Shown in pieces: positions 51,904 through 64,000 of a stretch of DNA of 64,000 nucleotides. The stretch is taken from NCBI GenBank assembly GCA_965203295.1, contig CBDBCZ010000016.1, positions 992,001 to 1,056,000 on the forward strand, in the 5' to 3' direction. The translations under genes were made by a program, and so were the position numbers. Every line of letters begins with the position of its first letter. The first letter of the stretch is position 1. This stretch comes from Nitrospirales bacterium. Its GTDB lineage: Bacteria > Nitrospirota > Nitrospiria > Nitrospirales > UBA8639. The notes beneath the pieces are model-generated. The model was not told the origin of the DNA, ran no database searches, and saw only the letters and a list, made by a program, of their open reading frames with translations.

Positions 51904-52414
51904 TCTGTGGGGTTTTTTTTAATGCTTGTTAAAATCAGTAATAAATAATTCATAGTATAACATTAAATACAAGTTATAATTATACCAGTTGATGAAATAA
52001 GTTGTTACATGACAGGTACTCCATCCCTAAAGGTCCTTCTTTAATTTTTCTGTTTGTAGATTATTTTTGGTTGTCATAGTATAGATCAGGGTTTTATACA
52101 GGAATTTTTCTTTGTGGGGGGGGGGGGGGCAAGGGGCTTTTGTTTTGAACACCAGACATCATTCTAAGGAGATCTAGGGGCATCTCCCTCCCCCTAAAAA
52201 AACCTCCACCTCTATTTGGAACTCTATCTTAAGATGCATAACGAGCCGACCGCACTGCCAAAGGTAAAGACAATAGATAGCAAGTAAGAAAAAGCAGTTC
52301 ATGGTACCTGAAAACGCAGACAGAAAGTTTCCGAGACAGAGGTAAATTTCGGCGTGTTATCCTGGACACCCCAACTTGTGAATTTTTCTTAGGAATACAG
52401 GTAAGTCTAGAGTA

Positions 52415-52752
52415 GCAATCTCACGGGCCAGACTCACTCGTGGGGAGGAGTGAGTCTGGACACTATGGACAGCATTCTGTGCCCTGGAAGAAAATGATTA
52501 TTCCAGACTGGTCGCGTGTAAAGAATGCAGAATTAATAACTAATACTAACCGCACAGCAGCGATCAGCTTGCTATGGCAATGCCTCGACCACAATTTTCT
52601 GTTTGGGCATTAGTTGTAAATAGCTGAACTTCTATCCAGCAGAAGAAATGCCATTTACTCTCATGTTGCGGTAATCACTTTTAGTCTTGTAGTTGACATG
52701 GAAGCTCTCAGACTCACTCCTCCCCCAAGTGAGTCTGGACCATGAGAATGCT
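52415..52752. mobile_element. CCAGAC-family MITE with terminal hairpins
   Basis: ctcacgggccagactcactc...gagtctgg at the left end; cagactcactc...gtgagtctggaccatgag at the right end. Confidence 0.6.
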
Positions 52753-54055
52753 TCATACCAAGGCTTTCCTTGGCTAGAATTATTTGAGTGAGGTACGGAG
52801 GCTTTCTCACCCAGTGAAGATGTAGCCAGCCTAGCTCTATGCGTCCATACTCTATTTAGCGCACATACGCAGTTGGGCTAGCTGTCTTCATATTGACGCG
52901 AGTAAGTTCTTATAATAGCTACTCACCTTGGTAAAAAGGTAAAAAATAATTATTCCAGCCGCATGAATAAGTTCACTGATCCAGTTGCCGAAGTAAAACA
53001 CTCCAGTGAAACAAAGCACACGATGACGATCTCTGGTTGCCAAGTGCATGTCATGTGACAATCTCCGCGCATGCGTACAAATAATAAAATGGCGTAAAAC
53101 TGGACTGCAGAGCTCGTGAGAGCGCACTGTATATCACGTTCGAGAATCGGTTTGATCGCTATGAAGATTATGTTGTCGTGGACCTGCGCGCTCGAAAATG
53201 AAGATCTTTCGCGCTACAATCACGGCAATCACTTGAACCAATTTTGAGCTAGCCTCGTTGAAGAATAATAATAATAAGAAGAAACCAGAATTAGAACGTG
53301 AACAAACTGGTAGTTAGCCAGCTTCCAGTTTTCTACTTTAGCGAAGCTTTTTGGCAACTTTGTGAGCCTTGTTGGTTGCAGAAACCCCCGAAAATGAAGG
53401 TTAGATACCTATAAAAGTTTAAAGCTTATTTTTTGCAGAGATTTGGAAACATTGATTTTATATTGCGTATATGGAGTGTCCGTGCCATCCCTACATAGAG
53501 AGTCTACCGACTCTCTGATGATGCTGAGATGGATACAATCGGAGATGTGTATGAGAATCCAGTCATAGAGCTCTCAGTTAGAAAGGAAAATGTGGGTGAT
53601 GGATTTACTTCAGAAGGAGCTGACCATATTTCTACTTGCTCTCAAGTCGTTGAAATCTCTTTTATTGTGGAGAGCCCTGAAGTCTCAGCCAGAGATACTA
53701 GTTCAGAGAGTGAGGCTGATGGAATTACAGTGCCATGTTGAGAATCTTCATGCTGATCACAGTGACCCCTCTATCAAGCATGAGCAAGGTACCTGCAGTC
53801 CTTCGGATTAACTATTCCATACTGAGACCCTCGATTTGGTGTTGTGAACTATACAGAGCGAATAAGGCAGTTAGTTCAACATACTGTTCCTTTTTATTAA
53901 TGTGGTGCCAGTATAGCTACATCATATTAAATGTTTTGTATTGTACATGTAGGTAATTGTAAATTGCAGTTGTGCTGTAACACAGAAAACAATTAGGCGT
54001 GTGGAGTGGGCTCTGACTTATCACCAAGACTGCAATCTCTTCACAGTGTGTTTAA

Positions 54056-54963
54056 GGTAGGAAGAGCCTCACCTGGAATCCACAATTCAAATGGACGGCT
54101 ATGTTGATAACATGAAAGTCTACCTCGAATTGACGAAAATTTTTGCATCTAACCACACCTCCTGCTAAATAATCCACAAAAACGCAATTTCGGGTTGCTT
54201 TAAAATACAAGAAATTTTGGAATCTGCTAGAGCCCCACCCACAGTCTGGCAACAACACCAGCACCTACAGAGGACAGGCTACAAACGTAGGGATGCTTTT
54301 TCACAGGAATGCTTCAAAGCCAGTTTTACAGCCCTGAACGCATCCAACCACCCCAAAACCCTCATTTTCGCTATCCTGACTTTCAAAAAAAATTCGGCAA
54401 CCGCCCACGCTCACCCGACGAATTCGAGCCCTGCATTACAAACTTCAACCCACTCCCACAAAAATTAGGGATGCGATTTTTCATTCACCCCTCGGTTTCT
54501 GAGAACCACCCACCAAAGCTCTCCCTATAAATCTCCACAGATTTTCACACAACTAGCTATTCGAGCTCATTAGGAAAAATGGGCGGGGCCTACAGACCCG
54601 AAAGGTGACTATTCTAGCCTACCTGAGATGGGCAACAACCTGCCACTATCCGTCTGTCTGGCTGACTTCTAGCCACTCGGGCAGCCTAACAAACTTTCTA
54701 CAACACACTAGCTAGCTATTCTGACATAAAAAGCCTACTCACAATTCTATGATGTCCCGCTCAACCACATCAAAGTGCCGATATCGCATATGAAAGAGCC
54801 GCTATCCACATCAAAGTGACACACCCCTCCTGTTGATTCCGGTTGCCGCCATGGGAAAATGCAAACATATCAATGAATCTAATTAGCGCCACGTGAGTGA
54901 CGTCATCTCATTAATTATTCATGAGGAGAATCACGCGGATTCGAAGGTGAGGCTCTTCTTACC
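54056..54963. mobile_element. Non-autonomous Kolobok-like DNA transposon, TTAA TSD
   Basis: ttaa|ggtaggaagagcctcacct...aggtgaggctcttcttacc|ttaa. Confidence 0.85.
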
Positions 54964-55002
54964 TTAACGCTACCTGTAACAAGTCTGACATTTCATGCCT
55001 AA

Positions 55003-55479
55003 AAACCAGCCGGGCACCTTTCCTGTACATTACAATAAGTTACACACAACTCAGCTTTGGCCAAGTTAACTGCAGCTGTAGAACTACGAATTATAGTAAC
55101 TATACTACAGTATAGTCACGTTCCCAGACCTACATGTACAAATCATATATTATAGGCGCTAACGCAGTACAGCGAAAGAGCTGACTCAGCAGTTTCGTCG
55201 TGCGCTTCTAGTTAGCAGCTATACGCCACCAAAACAAGATTTTTACGGCTGCCTACCAAGTTTTCGCCATCTAGGCAACTCACAACTACCTTCGCTTGCT
55301 TAGCTTGGCCTGAAAACCTCCAAAAGCTGCTATACACTGCAGTTGCATAGTAACGTCCGACGTAACATATTGCGCACGTGATAAGTGAGGACGCACAGAC
55401 AAACAGACAGACAAACGCGGAAAACGTAAAGCAATCTTAGGACCAGCCGTTCGCGCGCTGCGCACGCTCCGGCTGGTAA
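55003..55479. mobile_element. Helentron-associated (DINE-1/HINE-like) non-autonomous element
   Basis: Subterminal IRs accagccgg / ccggctggt, terminal stem-loop accagccg...cggctggt, (ACAG)n microsatellite, A-run flanks. Confidence 0.55.
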
Positions 55480-55823
55480 AAAGGAAGCTATTAGTAAAAC
55501 GGGGAGAGAAGCTAGGCCTGATCGATTTTATCACGTGCGCAACCGCAGGGTAGACGTCAGGTAGACGTCAATTGTGCGAGGATCGTAAGCAACGTGCCCA
55601 CGCAAAGAGCCACGTGTTACATGTAGCTAGTATATACTGGCCCGTCTGCGCGGAAAAGGGAGCTGTACATGGCGCATTAAGTCAAGACTACTGTTTTTCG
55701 GGCTATTCCTACTACGAAGAGGCCGAGATTGCATCAATGGCTGATGTATCGAGCGCAAGGACGGCTCAAGTCTGCCGGTAAACACACTTAGTTGCGAGTA
55801 TTAAAAGTTTCAGATTGACAGTT

Positions 55824-56218
55824 TAAGTAATATTTAGATACATGTACCAGTTGGCAGTGCATTACGTGATATAGTAGCGCGCGAGGACAATTAAGTAACG
55901 GTCGAGGGCGGATAATGCACGAGCCGAAGGCGAGTGCATTATCCGCCCGAGACCGTTACTTAATTGTCCGAGCGCGCTACTATATCACGTAATGCACTGC
56001 CAACTGTATCTAAAGTATTTAGTTCACTCACTGACCTGAGACAGCCACGGTTCTGTTGGGCGTTATTTAGAAAAGTGTGCACTAATTTTGTTAATGCACA
56101 CTTAAGTGTGCATTAACAACTTAGTGCACACTTAAGTGTGCATTAAGCGATTTAACGTGCGGTCATGTGATCGAGTTTGAGACTTCTGATTCGTCGAAGG
56201 TCACGTGAGTAGCACTAA
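55824..56218 (+). mobile_element. GA-mismatch hairpin element, family 5, copy 2
   Basis: Matches 47949-48338 except for a 6-bp insertion, a 1-bp deletion and one substitution (by eye). Confidence 0.9.
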
Positions 56219-56765
56219 TAGCATTTACATTTTTTGTAGTGCTACGGTAGCTTTTGCCTTTCGAATTATGACAAACTTACCCAATCAGATCGTTTTGCAT
56301 TTAGTATCTGGCAGACTTGAGCCTGAAGGTGCAGGCCTCCCATAATAATTATACAATAGGCTACTACATAAGGAAGCGCCTATATAGCATAAAGGGGAAA
56401 ATCCCTAACAATGCACGATCATAAATGCACGTAACAACACCATAATATTATTGATTATAGTCATTCTACAGTCCGTCAGGATATGCAGTTGAATTTCTAA
56501 GATGAGAGTTAACTGCTGAGTCATGCAAGAGCACTAAACACATATTGTGAGCTGTTTCGGGGAACAGTAGATCTATATAATGTGTAAACATATGTAGTGC
56601 ATAGTACTAAAAGTGTAATTAAAATTCTCGAATACAAGCAGTAATAACTACATATGCAGCAACACTATAACACATAATGTGTCCATATAGCCATTTCAGA
56701 AGACACCAATGTACAACCATATACAGCGTGTATTTTAGCAAGGTGTCATTTTTGCACACACAAGT

Positions 56766-59700
56766 TTAGAGTGTATCATTTATTCGTACTATAATATGAG
56801 TTGGCCTCAACAAAAAGTTTGCAGGCAGTCCATTTGGGTGATAAAAAGGATCTGGAACTACTTCCACAAGGAAATGTTCGGTGCCCTCACCGGGTAGATT
56901 ATCATTAATGATAGACACTTCAATGCAAGCCCGACTGTTGGTAGCAGTGATGTCAGCAGAGAATAGATCACCATTATCCGCTGATAGCCGTTCATAGTCT
57001 TCAGGATCTACAATGATATGAAGAGAGTAACTCAGAAGAGACATAATTATGGTGGCAAGAACAACCAACCTGCAGCAATGCCACTGATGGTATTTGCAGC
57101 AAGAGTGATTCTGATGTCTGGTGGAAATGGATTGCCAGTGACAGTCAGAGTACGAACACAGATCTTGATTCTTTGTCCCTCATTCACAGAGGCGAAAAAT
57201 TCCTCCCATCCAATTGTCACCATTACTGTATAAGAGATTCATTTGTATATCAAATGTGGATGTTTTTACTTTAAATGTACAATGCTTTCAGCTAGCTATT
57301 TTACTAACCATCATCATCAACAACGAAAATCTGTGTGCTAGCAAAGAGGGAGCTGCCATCAGCAAGCATACCACCGAGATTGATGTTCAATCCCGACTCT
57401 TTTGGATAAAGTGATAGTTCAATTTCAAACACCTCAAGCACTTCAATCTCAAGATCATTGCATAGTTCAAATAGAAAATGTATGCTTTGTTCATCAGATG
57501 AAAAAGTACGACTAGAAATTAGAGTAGTAAGTATGTCTCGATGGAAATCTGCTTGATTTATATTTGCAGCATTTGGACCACTTCCAGAAATTACATTGAA
57601 AGTTAGCAGAAAGGTTAACTCTGACTGCCGATTGTTCCCTTTTATGACTGGGATTTTAACTCGTTCACCAGTAGCATTTAAAGATTCATAAACTGTGTAG
57701 CTGTTCTGTTCAAACCCAATAAGGAGAGCTGTGTAGAAGAAAATAATACTATAAATAGCACAATACATAATAGCCAAGCCTTCTGAGCTTTCTTTCAGGA
57801 AGAAAGCTGTGCAGAGGAGTTTATGACCATAAGAATGCAGCCTCAATGAACCAGCCCATTGCCATTGGTACATACATTAAGTGAATGTAAAGCATTGTGG
57901 GGCAAGCATGAGTGAACCCTTGTCTTTATTTTATATACGTACTGGTATGCACACACACACACACTCTTCGTATGTACACACGTATGCATGCACAGATAAT
58001 TCTCAAGTGAACACAGTAGTTTGGGCTCATTAAAATTAACCATAAATTGCAGCTAATGTTTATACATCTGCATGCATGACTGTAACGCTTGCACCACCCT
58101 GAGCCACTTCCCTGTGGCAAAAAGTAGCCATATCCTTATAGAGAAGCACACACACATACTATATAAGAACCCTATAGACACATGTCAATTTAGGCATGTG
58201 TGAGTGAACATAATATCGCAAATTGAAACAAGAGTAAGCTTACCATATAATTTCTAATTAAGCATGGAGAGCTTGTGTCCTGTTAACAATACAAGTAAAT
58301 CGTGAATATCTGACACGCTGTAAGTATCTCAGGCTATCTTGTAGTTATTCACCACCGCTCATAATTAATTACCTCCAATGAATTCGTCAACCCAAAATGT
58401 AATTTGGACAAGTCATACAGTACATCCTACATTAAGGTATTTGTATGCCTCCTCTTATTCCTTATGTTCCTTATATACACCATGTGGTTGGACGGTCTGC
58501 CATATAGCATTGGAGCATGTTCTTCATTACTGCAGCTGTATGACACATACCGGGAGTGCATAAAACGTTCACTCATAAGCTCCTACATATACCTGGTCTA
58601 TACTCTCTCTCTTTCTGCTAGTACTTTCCTTCTCTCTATACCCTTCTAACCCCACTCCCACACTTACCATCATCATCCAAGATTCTTCCTAGAGTAGCAA
58701 AACGGCCACTTTGTAGATCAACCCAATTCACTGCATCAACCAATTCTAGAAGTATGACAAATATTTGCTCCACCTCATGGATCTTATCATCCACTATTCC
58801 AATATCAATTCTCCGAACAGCTGCATTTCCAGCTGGGAATGTGATATAAACTGGGGTACTGCTGAAGTCACGATCCTCAATGGGAAAACCTGTGGAAAAA
58901 AATCTGTACACTTCCTTCTTACATTGATATGCATGAACTTACTTCTGGCATTGATTGGTCGATTACGGTTATAATCAGGAACATCAGGAAGAGCACCAAG
59001 TATATGTGACTGTGAGTCATTCAGAACAGTATAGTTCACTGGAATAGCCGCAACAGTCAGGTCAGTAGCTATGTTAGTAAGGAGCTGCACTAAAGGAGAT
59101 ATGACCTTTTCACTTTCTATGCTGGAATAGTGTGAATTGGCAAACTGAAGAACAGCCTCTGGAGATAGAGAGTTTGAAGCCCATGTAATTATGTGTGCAG
59201 ACATTCTGTGAAATTAGTTGCACGTGCATGACTACATACATACAGGGCCACTATAATAGCAACTACTAACATTCCGTATAATATTCGAACATAAAGTTAA
59301 AAACTGCTAACAGATATTGAAAACATTGCACAGTTAGTAATTATTATTTTGATGCAGTTGGGATCACAGCCAATGAGAGGGTGACTGTGTTACGTAGGTG
59401 ACTGTCAAGCGAGGTCCAACTAAAATAATGTATGCAAATATTTCATTTACAGTATATACCATCTTTGTCTTCGATGACCACACGAATTGTTGGAATTGCA
59501 AATGTATTGGGGGCTGCAGCATTTAGTACAGCATTTGCAGCATCATTGGCACCGGTCAGACTCAGGATAAAATCTTCAGGTAGTTCCAGTGCTATACTGT
59601 CATGTCCGATGAAGGTTCGAATTCTAGCTGGTACAGTAGCATCATTTATCACAGCACTCCTAGATCTAACAGAAACTCTGAAGTCAGCACCCTCCTCTGC

Positions 59701-62700
59701 AATAGATAAAGGTTGAAGTATTGAACTATTATATCCTTCATAATAATAATATTGCACATGATATGTAGACTTCATAGTAGCTTATATAGTGATGCATATA
59801 TTTGAGCTCCTCCCATTTACACATAATAGCCTTGTTGAATCCACATGCTGCATATCTATCATTGTCCAGTTGTCATGTATAAAAACTACCTGTTTGGCCT
59901 TAACACATAGAGTGTTCTTTCACAGTTGTTATGGTGGAGTTTGGACCATTGCACACCATTTTCTATGCATGATTGGGGGGTTATCTGGCATATGTATTCT
60001 AGCTGGCAAGATGATTGGCTACAAAGCAATTTACAGCTAGATTCTTAGTGAAGTAGTAGAGGCCTGCATGTGACAAATCCTGTCCAAGTGCAGATGGCCA
60101 CGAAGAATGAACCTAAGAAGGAGCTTATAGTGTTGTAGGAGGAGACTTGCATGCCAGTTAGCCGAGACTGTTGATCAAGGAAAGTGGCTCAGTTGGGAGC
60201 AGAACAGATAGCAGAAGAGATTGACACTACAGAGGAAAACCGTTAAGGCAGCTGAAACAGAAGCAGGATGTAGACTCTTTCCCAGCTATACTAGCTGCTG
60301 GTACATGTGAAGAATGGACGGCATAATGGATACAATTATATTGCTGTTCTAGATAGTTCTGTTGCTGCATTCTATGAGTGAGGGAACTTGCAACACTTAG
60401 CTGTGCAATGTCACATATTTCAGCCTTAAATAGCTATAGCCAGGCTAAGCACGTGTGACAATTTATTGCCATGCATTCACTCACTTGCTGTTCCTTGTGT
60501 TACTGTAATTTTGAAACGTAGTTCTCTTCTCCTATCCAGCTGCAGAAATTCTTCAAAGAAGGCTCCTTTAATAAAGCCTACATCCAGTAGAGTGCTACGG
60601 TAACTCTCTTCAGTTAAAACTTCAGAGCCATTGAACCATCCAAACACTACCAGAGATATAAATGGTATGAGTAAGATCCGAATATGTATACATAGTGTAT
60701 GATCATTAGTTACTTACAAGCCAAATGACTACCATACGAAAGTTCTATTGCCCTGAATGTAGACTCTACATGACTACTCACGTACTTTCCCCCTCTGAGG
60801 ACCATTGTGTGGTGATCAGGAAAAGATACTTAGTAGTGTGTTCATTCGGTGTGACAGAAATAATGAGAACTATGCTGTGAATATGATAGTCAGGGTTCAG
60901 CAGGGCTGGAAAAAGAAGCTACGTACCAGTATACACTCTATATAAATTATGAATAACACAAGCAATGTACTTTAAAGTCACTTGTAAATATTTACCAATG
61001 CAGGCCTGACAGGATTGGTCCCCAGATGTCTGCCTGTAGAACAGTCCAGGTGATTGCACACAGCATTCTTCAATACCTTCAGCAATGAAACTAGGATCAG
61101 AGCTTTCACATCCCAATTCAACGGTAGCTGAGGGTGCAGTGAAGCATTGGACTGATTGTGTACTTACTGTAGGAAAGAGATGAATAACACAAAAAATAAA
61201 TAGCTACGTAGTTTTTGGATCAAAGAGCTATATTTAAAGTGCACCGGGTTTTCCTTTATACTGTAGCACCATAAGACTCAGTGAATAAAACCCAAAACAA
61301 AGAAATCCTTTTGAGGTCTCAAGGACAATGAATTGATTTGGAAGATTGTACCCATCACCTTCACAAAATTCCAGCAGATGGTTGTAAAGACTGTACTTCA
61401 TATCTCAGAGATTATAATTATAATTTGCAGAGAATGACTCTTAGACTGGCAAACTAAGAACTAGGGAACAAACTTCTGTAAGAATATTGATACAAATGCA
61501 TAACCATCTCAAATACATCACAAAATTAGTAAGAAACTACTATGAGTAGTGAGTGCAACTGTTGTGGCAGTGTACACAGTAGCTAGCTATGACAAAATCA
61601 GTTACCAAAAGAGCACTTGATTTGATTGGACAAGCCAATAGTGAAATCACCTCCACTGTTAGATGTATAGTTGACCTGTACTTGTTTTGTTTGCATTAAT
61701 ATGACAATTGTGATCACTTAATAAAGTCTTATGTTCTAACCCCTCTGTATGTTGCTGCATACTATCACTGAAAAATACATCTGCAGCTTGCTTCTTCAAA
61801 ACCACCCCCTCAAATATTATTTAGGGAGGAGTTTCTAGCAACTGCTTGAAAAGGTAGTATAGAATTTAACTCTATCTTTCTGGAGTTGGCTCCATGAGCC
61901 AAACAGTATAAATTTATAAAGGAAAAGAAAGTTACTATGAAAACTGATCAGTGAGAATTTAAGCTCTCATGATTCTTATGTACATGTACTGAAATATGGA
62001 TTGAATTTCGCAAATTGCTGAGTGTATGTACGGCTCTATATATGGTATCACCAGATCATACATGGGGGGCAGTGGCTACTATACTAGTGTGATGTGGCTA
62101 CTATATACTAGTGTGACTGTGAAGGACCTATATGTAGGTAGAGAGATGTGATATCCACATTCATGCCTTTGTATTATACTGGGAGTGTGGTAGTATATAT
62201 AGCCACACCAGTTTCTCTACTCACCCGTATCTTTACACTAGGCCATGCAATCAGCTTGATTCTGTTCTCTCTCATAGCACACTACCAAGTGTAGGGGGCA
62301 TACGACAGTTGGGGATAACTTACAGTCATTATCAATTATTGCCACAGTAGCCAGATCTGGCTCCAAGAAGAAGTTAACAGGCAGTCCAGAATAAGGATCT
62401 GGAACTACCTGCACAGTGAAATTCTCAGTGTTCTCTAACAAATTATCATCAATGATAGACACTCCAATGCAAGCCCGACTGTTGATAGCAGTGATGTCAG
62501 CAAAGAATAGATCACCATTATCCGCTGATAGTTGTTTATAGTCTCCAGGAGCTACATGATATATATGGAAAGAATCAATGACACAAACAAAGAGAATTTT
62601 AGTGATGAGAATAACCAACCTGCAGCTCTGCCATTGATGGTGTTTGCAGCAAGAGTGATTTTGACATTTGGTGGAAAGGGATTGTTAGTAACAGCCAGAG

Positions 62701-64000
62701 TGCGAACACAAATTTCAAGAATTCCATGCCCCTCATTCACTGAGGTAAATACTTTCTCCCATCCAATAGTCACATTTGCTGAAAAAAAACAACAATATGT
62801 GCAGATGTATATGTTTTAATTATGATAATGGAAAATGCCAATGATAATGTTTGCCTACATGCAGCATACCAACTGACCATCATTATCAACAATGAAAATC
62901 TGTGCGCTAGCAAAGAGGGATCTGCCATCAGCAAGCGTGCCACCGAGTTCGATGTTTAATCCTGACTCTTCACGAACAAGTGATAGTTCAATTTCAAACA
63001 CCTCAAGCGCTTCAATCTCAAGATCATCGTATAGTTCAAATGGAAAATGTATGCTTTGTTCATCAGATGAAAACGTATAATCAGAGTGTAGATGAGTCAA
63101 TACGTCCCAATGGAATGTATCCAATCTATTTATATTCGCAGCATTTGGACCACTTCCGGAAATTGCAATGACAGTCAACAGAAACCTTAACTCTGATAGC
63201 TGATTGTTCCCTTTTATGACTGGGATTCTAACTAGTTCGCCAGTAGCATTTAAAGATTCATAAACTGTGTAGCTGTTCTGTTCAAACCCAATAATGAGAG
63301 CTGTGTAGAAGGAGCATAAGGACATAAATAGCAGTTATATCTAGCCTCATATCCACCCTTCCATCTTTCCTCACTAAAGTGTGTCCGGGCTATTACCCCA
63401 TATATATTTCTAAATGCAAGGTGAGGCAGGGATGCAATATCAATTATTCAGGAAACTTGTATGCCCTCCCTTGCTTTGTATGCTTCATCTATATCAAAAT
63501 GTAAAGGTTTGCCAGGCTGTACTTCCTCTGGAGATACTGGAGCTCCTTCTTGATCTAATTTGATTACAATGTAACTAGCTTGCATGGCTACTCATTGCTT
63601 GTTGTTTTACTTACATTTATTAAACTATGTAATCTCAATTCCAAGCCCTTCTGCTATATTTCCTGCAAGCATCAAAGCTGGGAGGGCTAGGTATGGATAT
63701 TTTTTTCTCACATCCATGCACTACATACACTCTCTTTTACAAACCATACGTTATTGGTTATTAGTATCCAATCTTAAAGTACTGGAGTGAAGTTCTTCAC
63801 TACAGCTTGACATTAATTTTATTGTCCACTCCACTCACTTCTTTATATTATTCCAAACAGTCCCTACTCTGTATGCCCTTCTAACGTAACCCCACTCTCA
63901 CCCTTACCATCATCATCAAAAATTCTGCCCAAAGTGGCAAAACGTCCACTTCGTAGATCGACCCTGCTTTGATTCACTGCATCAACCACTCGTAGAAATA
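56766..64000 (-). CDS. Multi-exon Calx-beta repeat protein (aggregation-factor-like architecture), 5'-partial, no TM seen
   Basis: Exons ~63907-64000, 62876-63300, 62619-62778, 62323-62550, 60995-61167 (Cys-rich), 60485-60650, 59460-59705, 58942-59160, 58667-58890, 57309-57729, 57070-57226, 56766-57007. Motifs IGFEQNSYTVYE, DD.LE..E.F, I.DDDG|gt. Confidence 0.82.

Larger units (their letters stand above)
44338..53740 (+). pseudogene. Adhesion GPCR (sushi, GAIN/GPS, secretin-like 7TM) with disabling lesions
   Basis: Sushi exon 45647-45829. GAIN exons 46717-48697. GPS CVSWDF|GNWTSDGC...CRCDHITNFAVLV (48761-48999). 7TM exons 49409-50845 (LIQYFTLAAFMWMGAEA, LLGLTWVFG, FNSSQGFFLFVFFC). Frameshift at ~49660 and in-frame TAA at 50843-50845. 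Confidence 0.85.

Overview
Eukaryotic, intron-rich genomic DNA (short GT-AG introns, microsatellites, many MITEs). The gene content (Ig/sushi receptors, Calx-beta arrays, a GAIN/GPS adhesion GPCR, intronless Cys-rich multi-TM paralogs) points to a marine invertebrate, most likely a demosponge (inference). Left to right: the 3' part of an intronless YqaJ-exonuclease/PHD ORF (DNA-transposon accessory gene); a lesioned multi-Ig/sushi/TM receptor (-); orphan receptor-PTP terminal exons next to a ~165-bp satellite; a two-exon sulfatase with a bacterial-looking intronless catalytic exon (+); a ~1.7-2 kb tandem duplication; a Calx-beta/TM gene with near-identical 1060-bp exon-intron cassettes (-); two tandem intronless multi-TM paralogs sharing a conversion-like tract; LINE and DIRS-like remnants; a lesioned adhesion GPCR (+); and a second Calx-beta gene running off the right edge (-). 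Most notable are six copies, from five sequence-unrelated families, of a small non-coding element. Each has a long 5' hairpin with a GAA triloop and repeated 5'-CGAG/CGAG-3' tandem G.A mismatches, followed by a 3' tail. This grammar favours folding of one specific single DNA strand and suggests a mobile-element class with a structured ssDNA intermediate. All alignments and counts were made by eye, and exon boundaries are approximate unless quoted.
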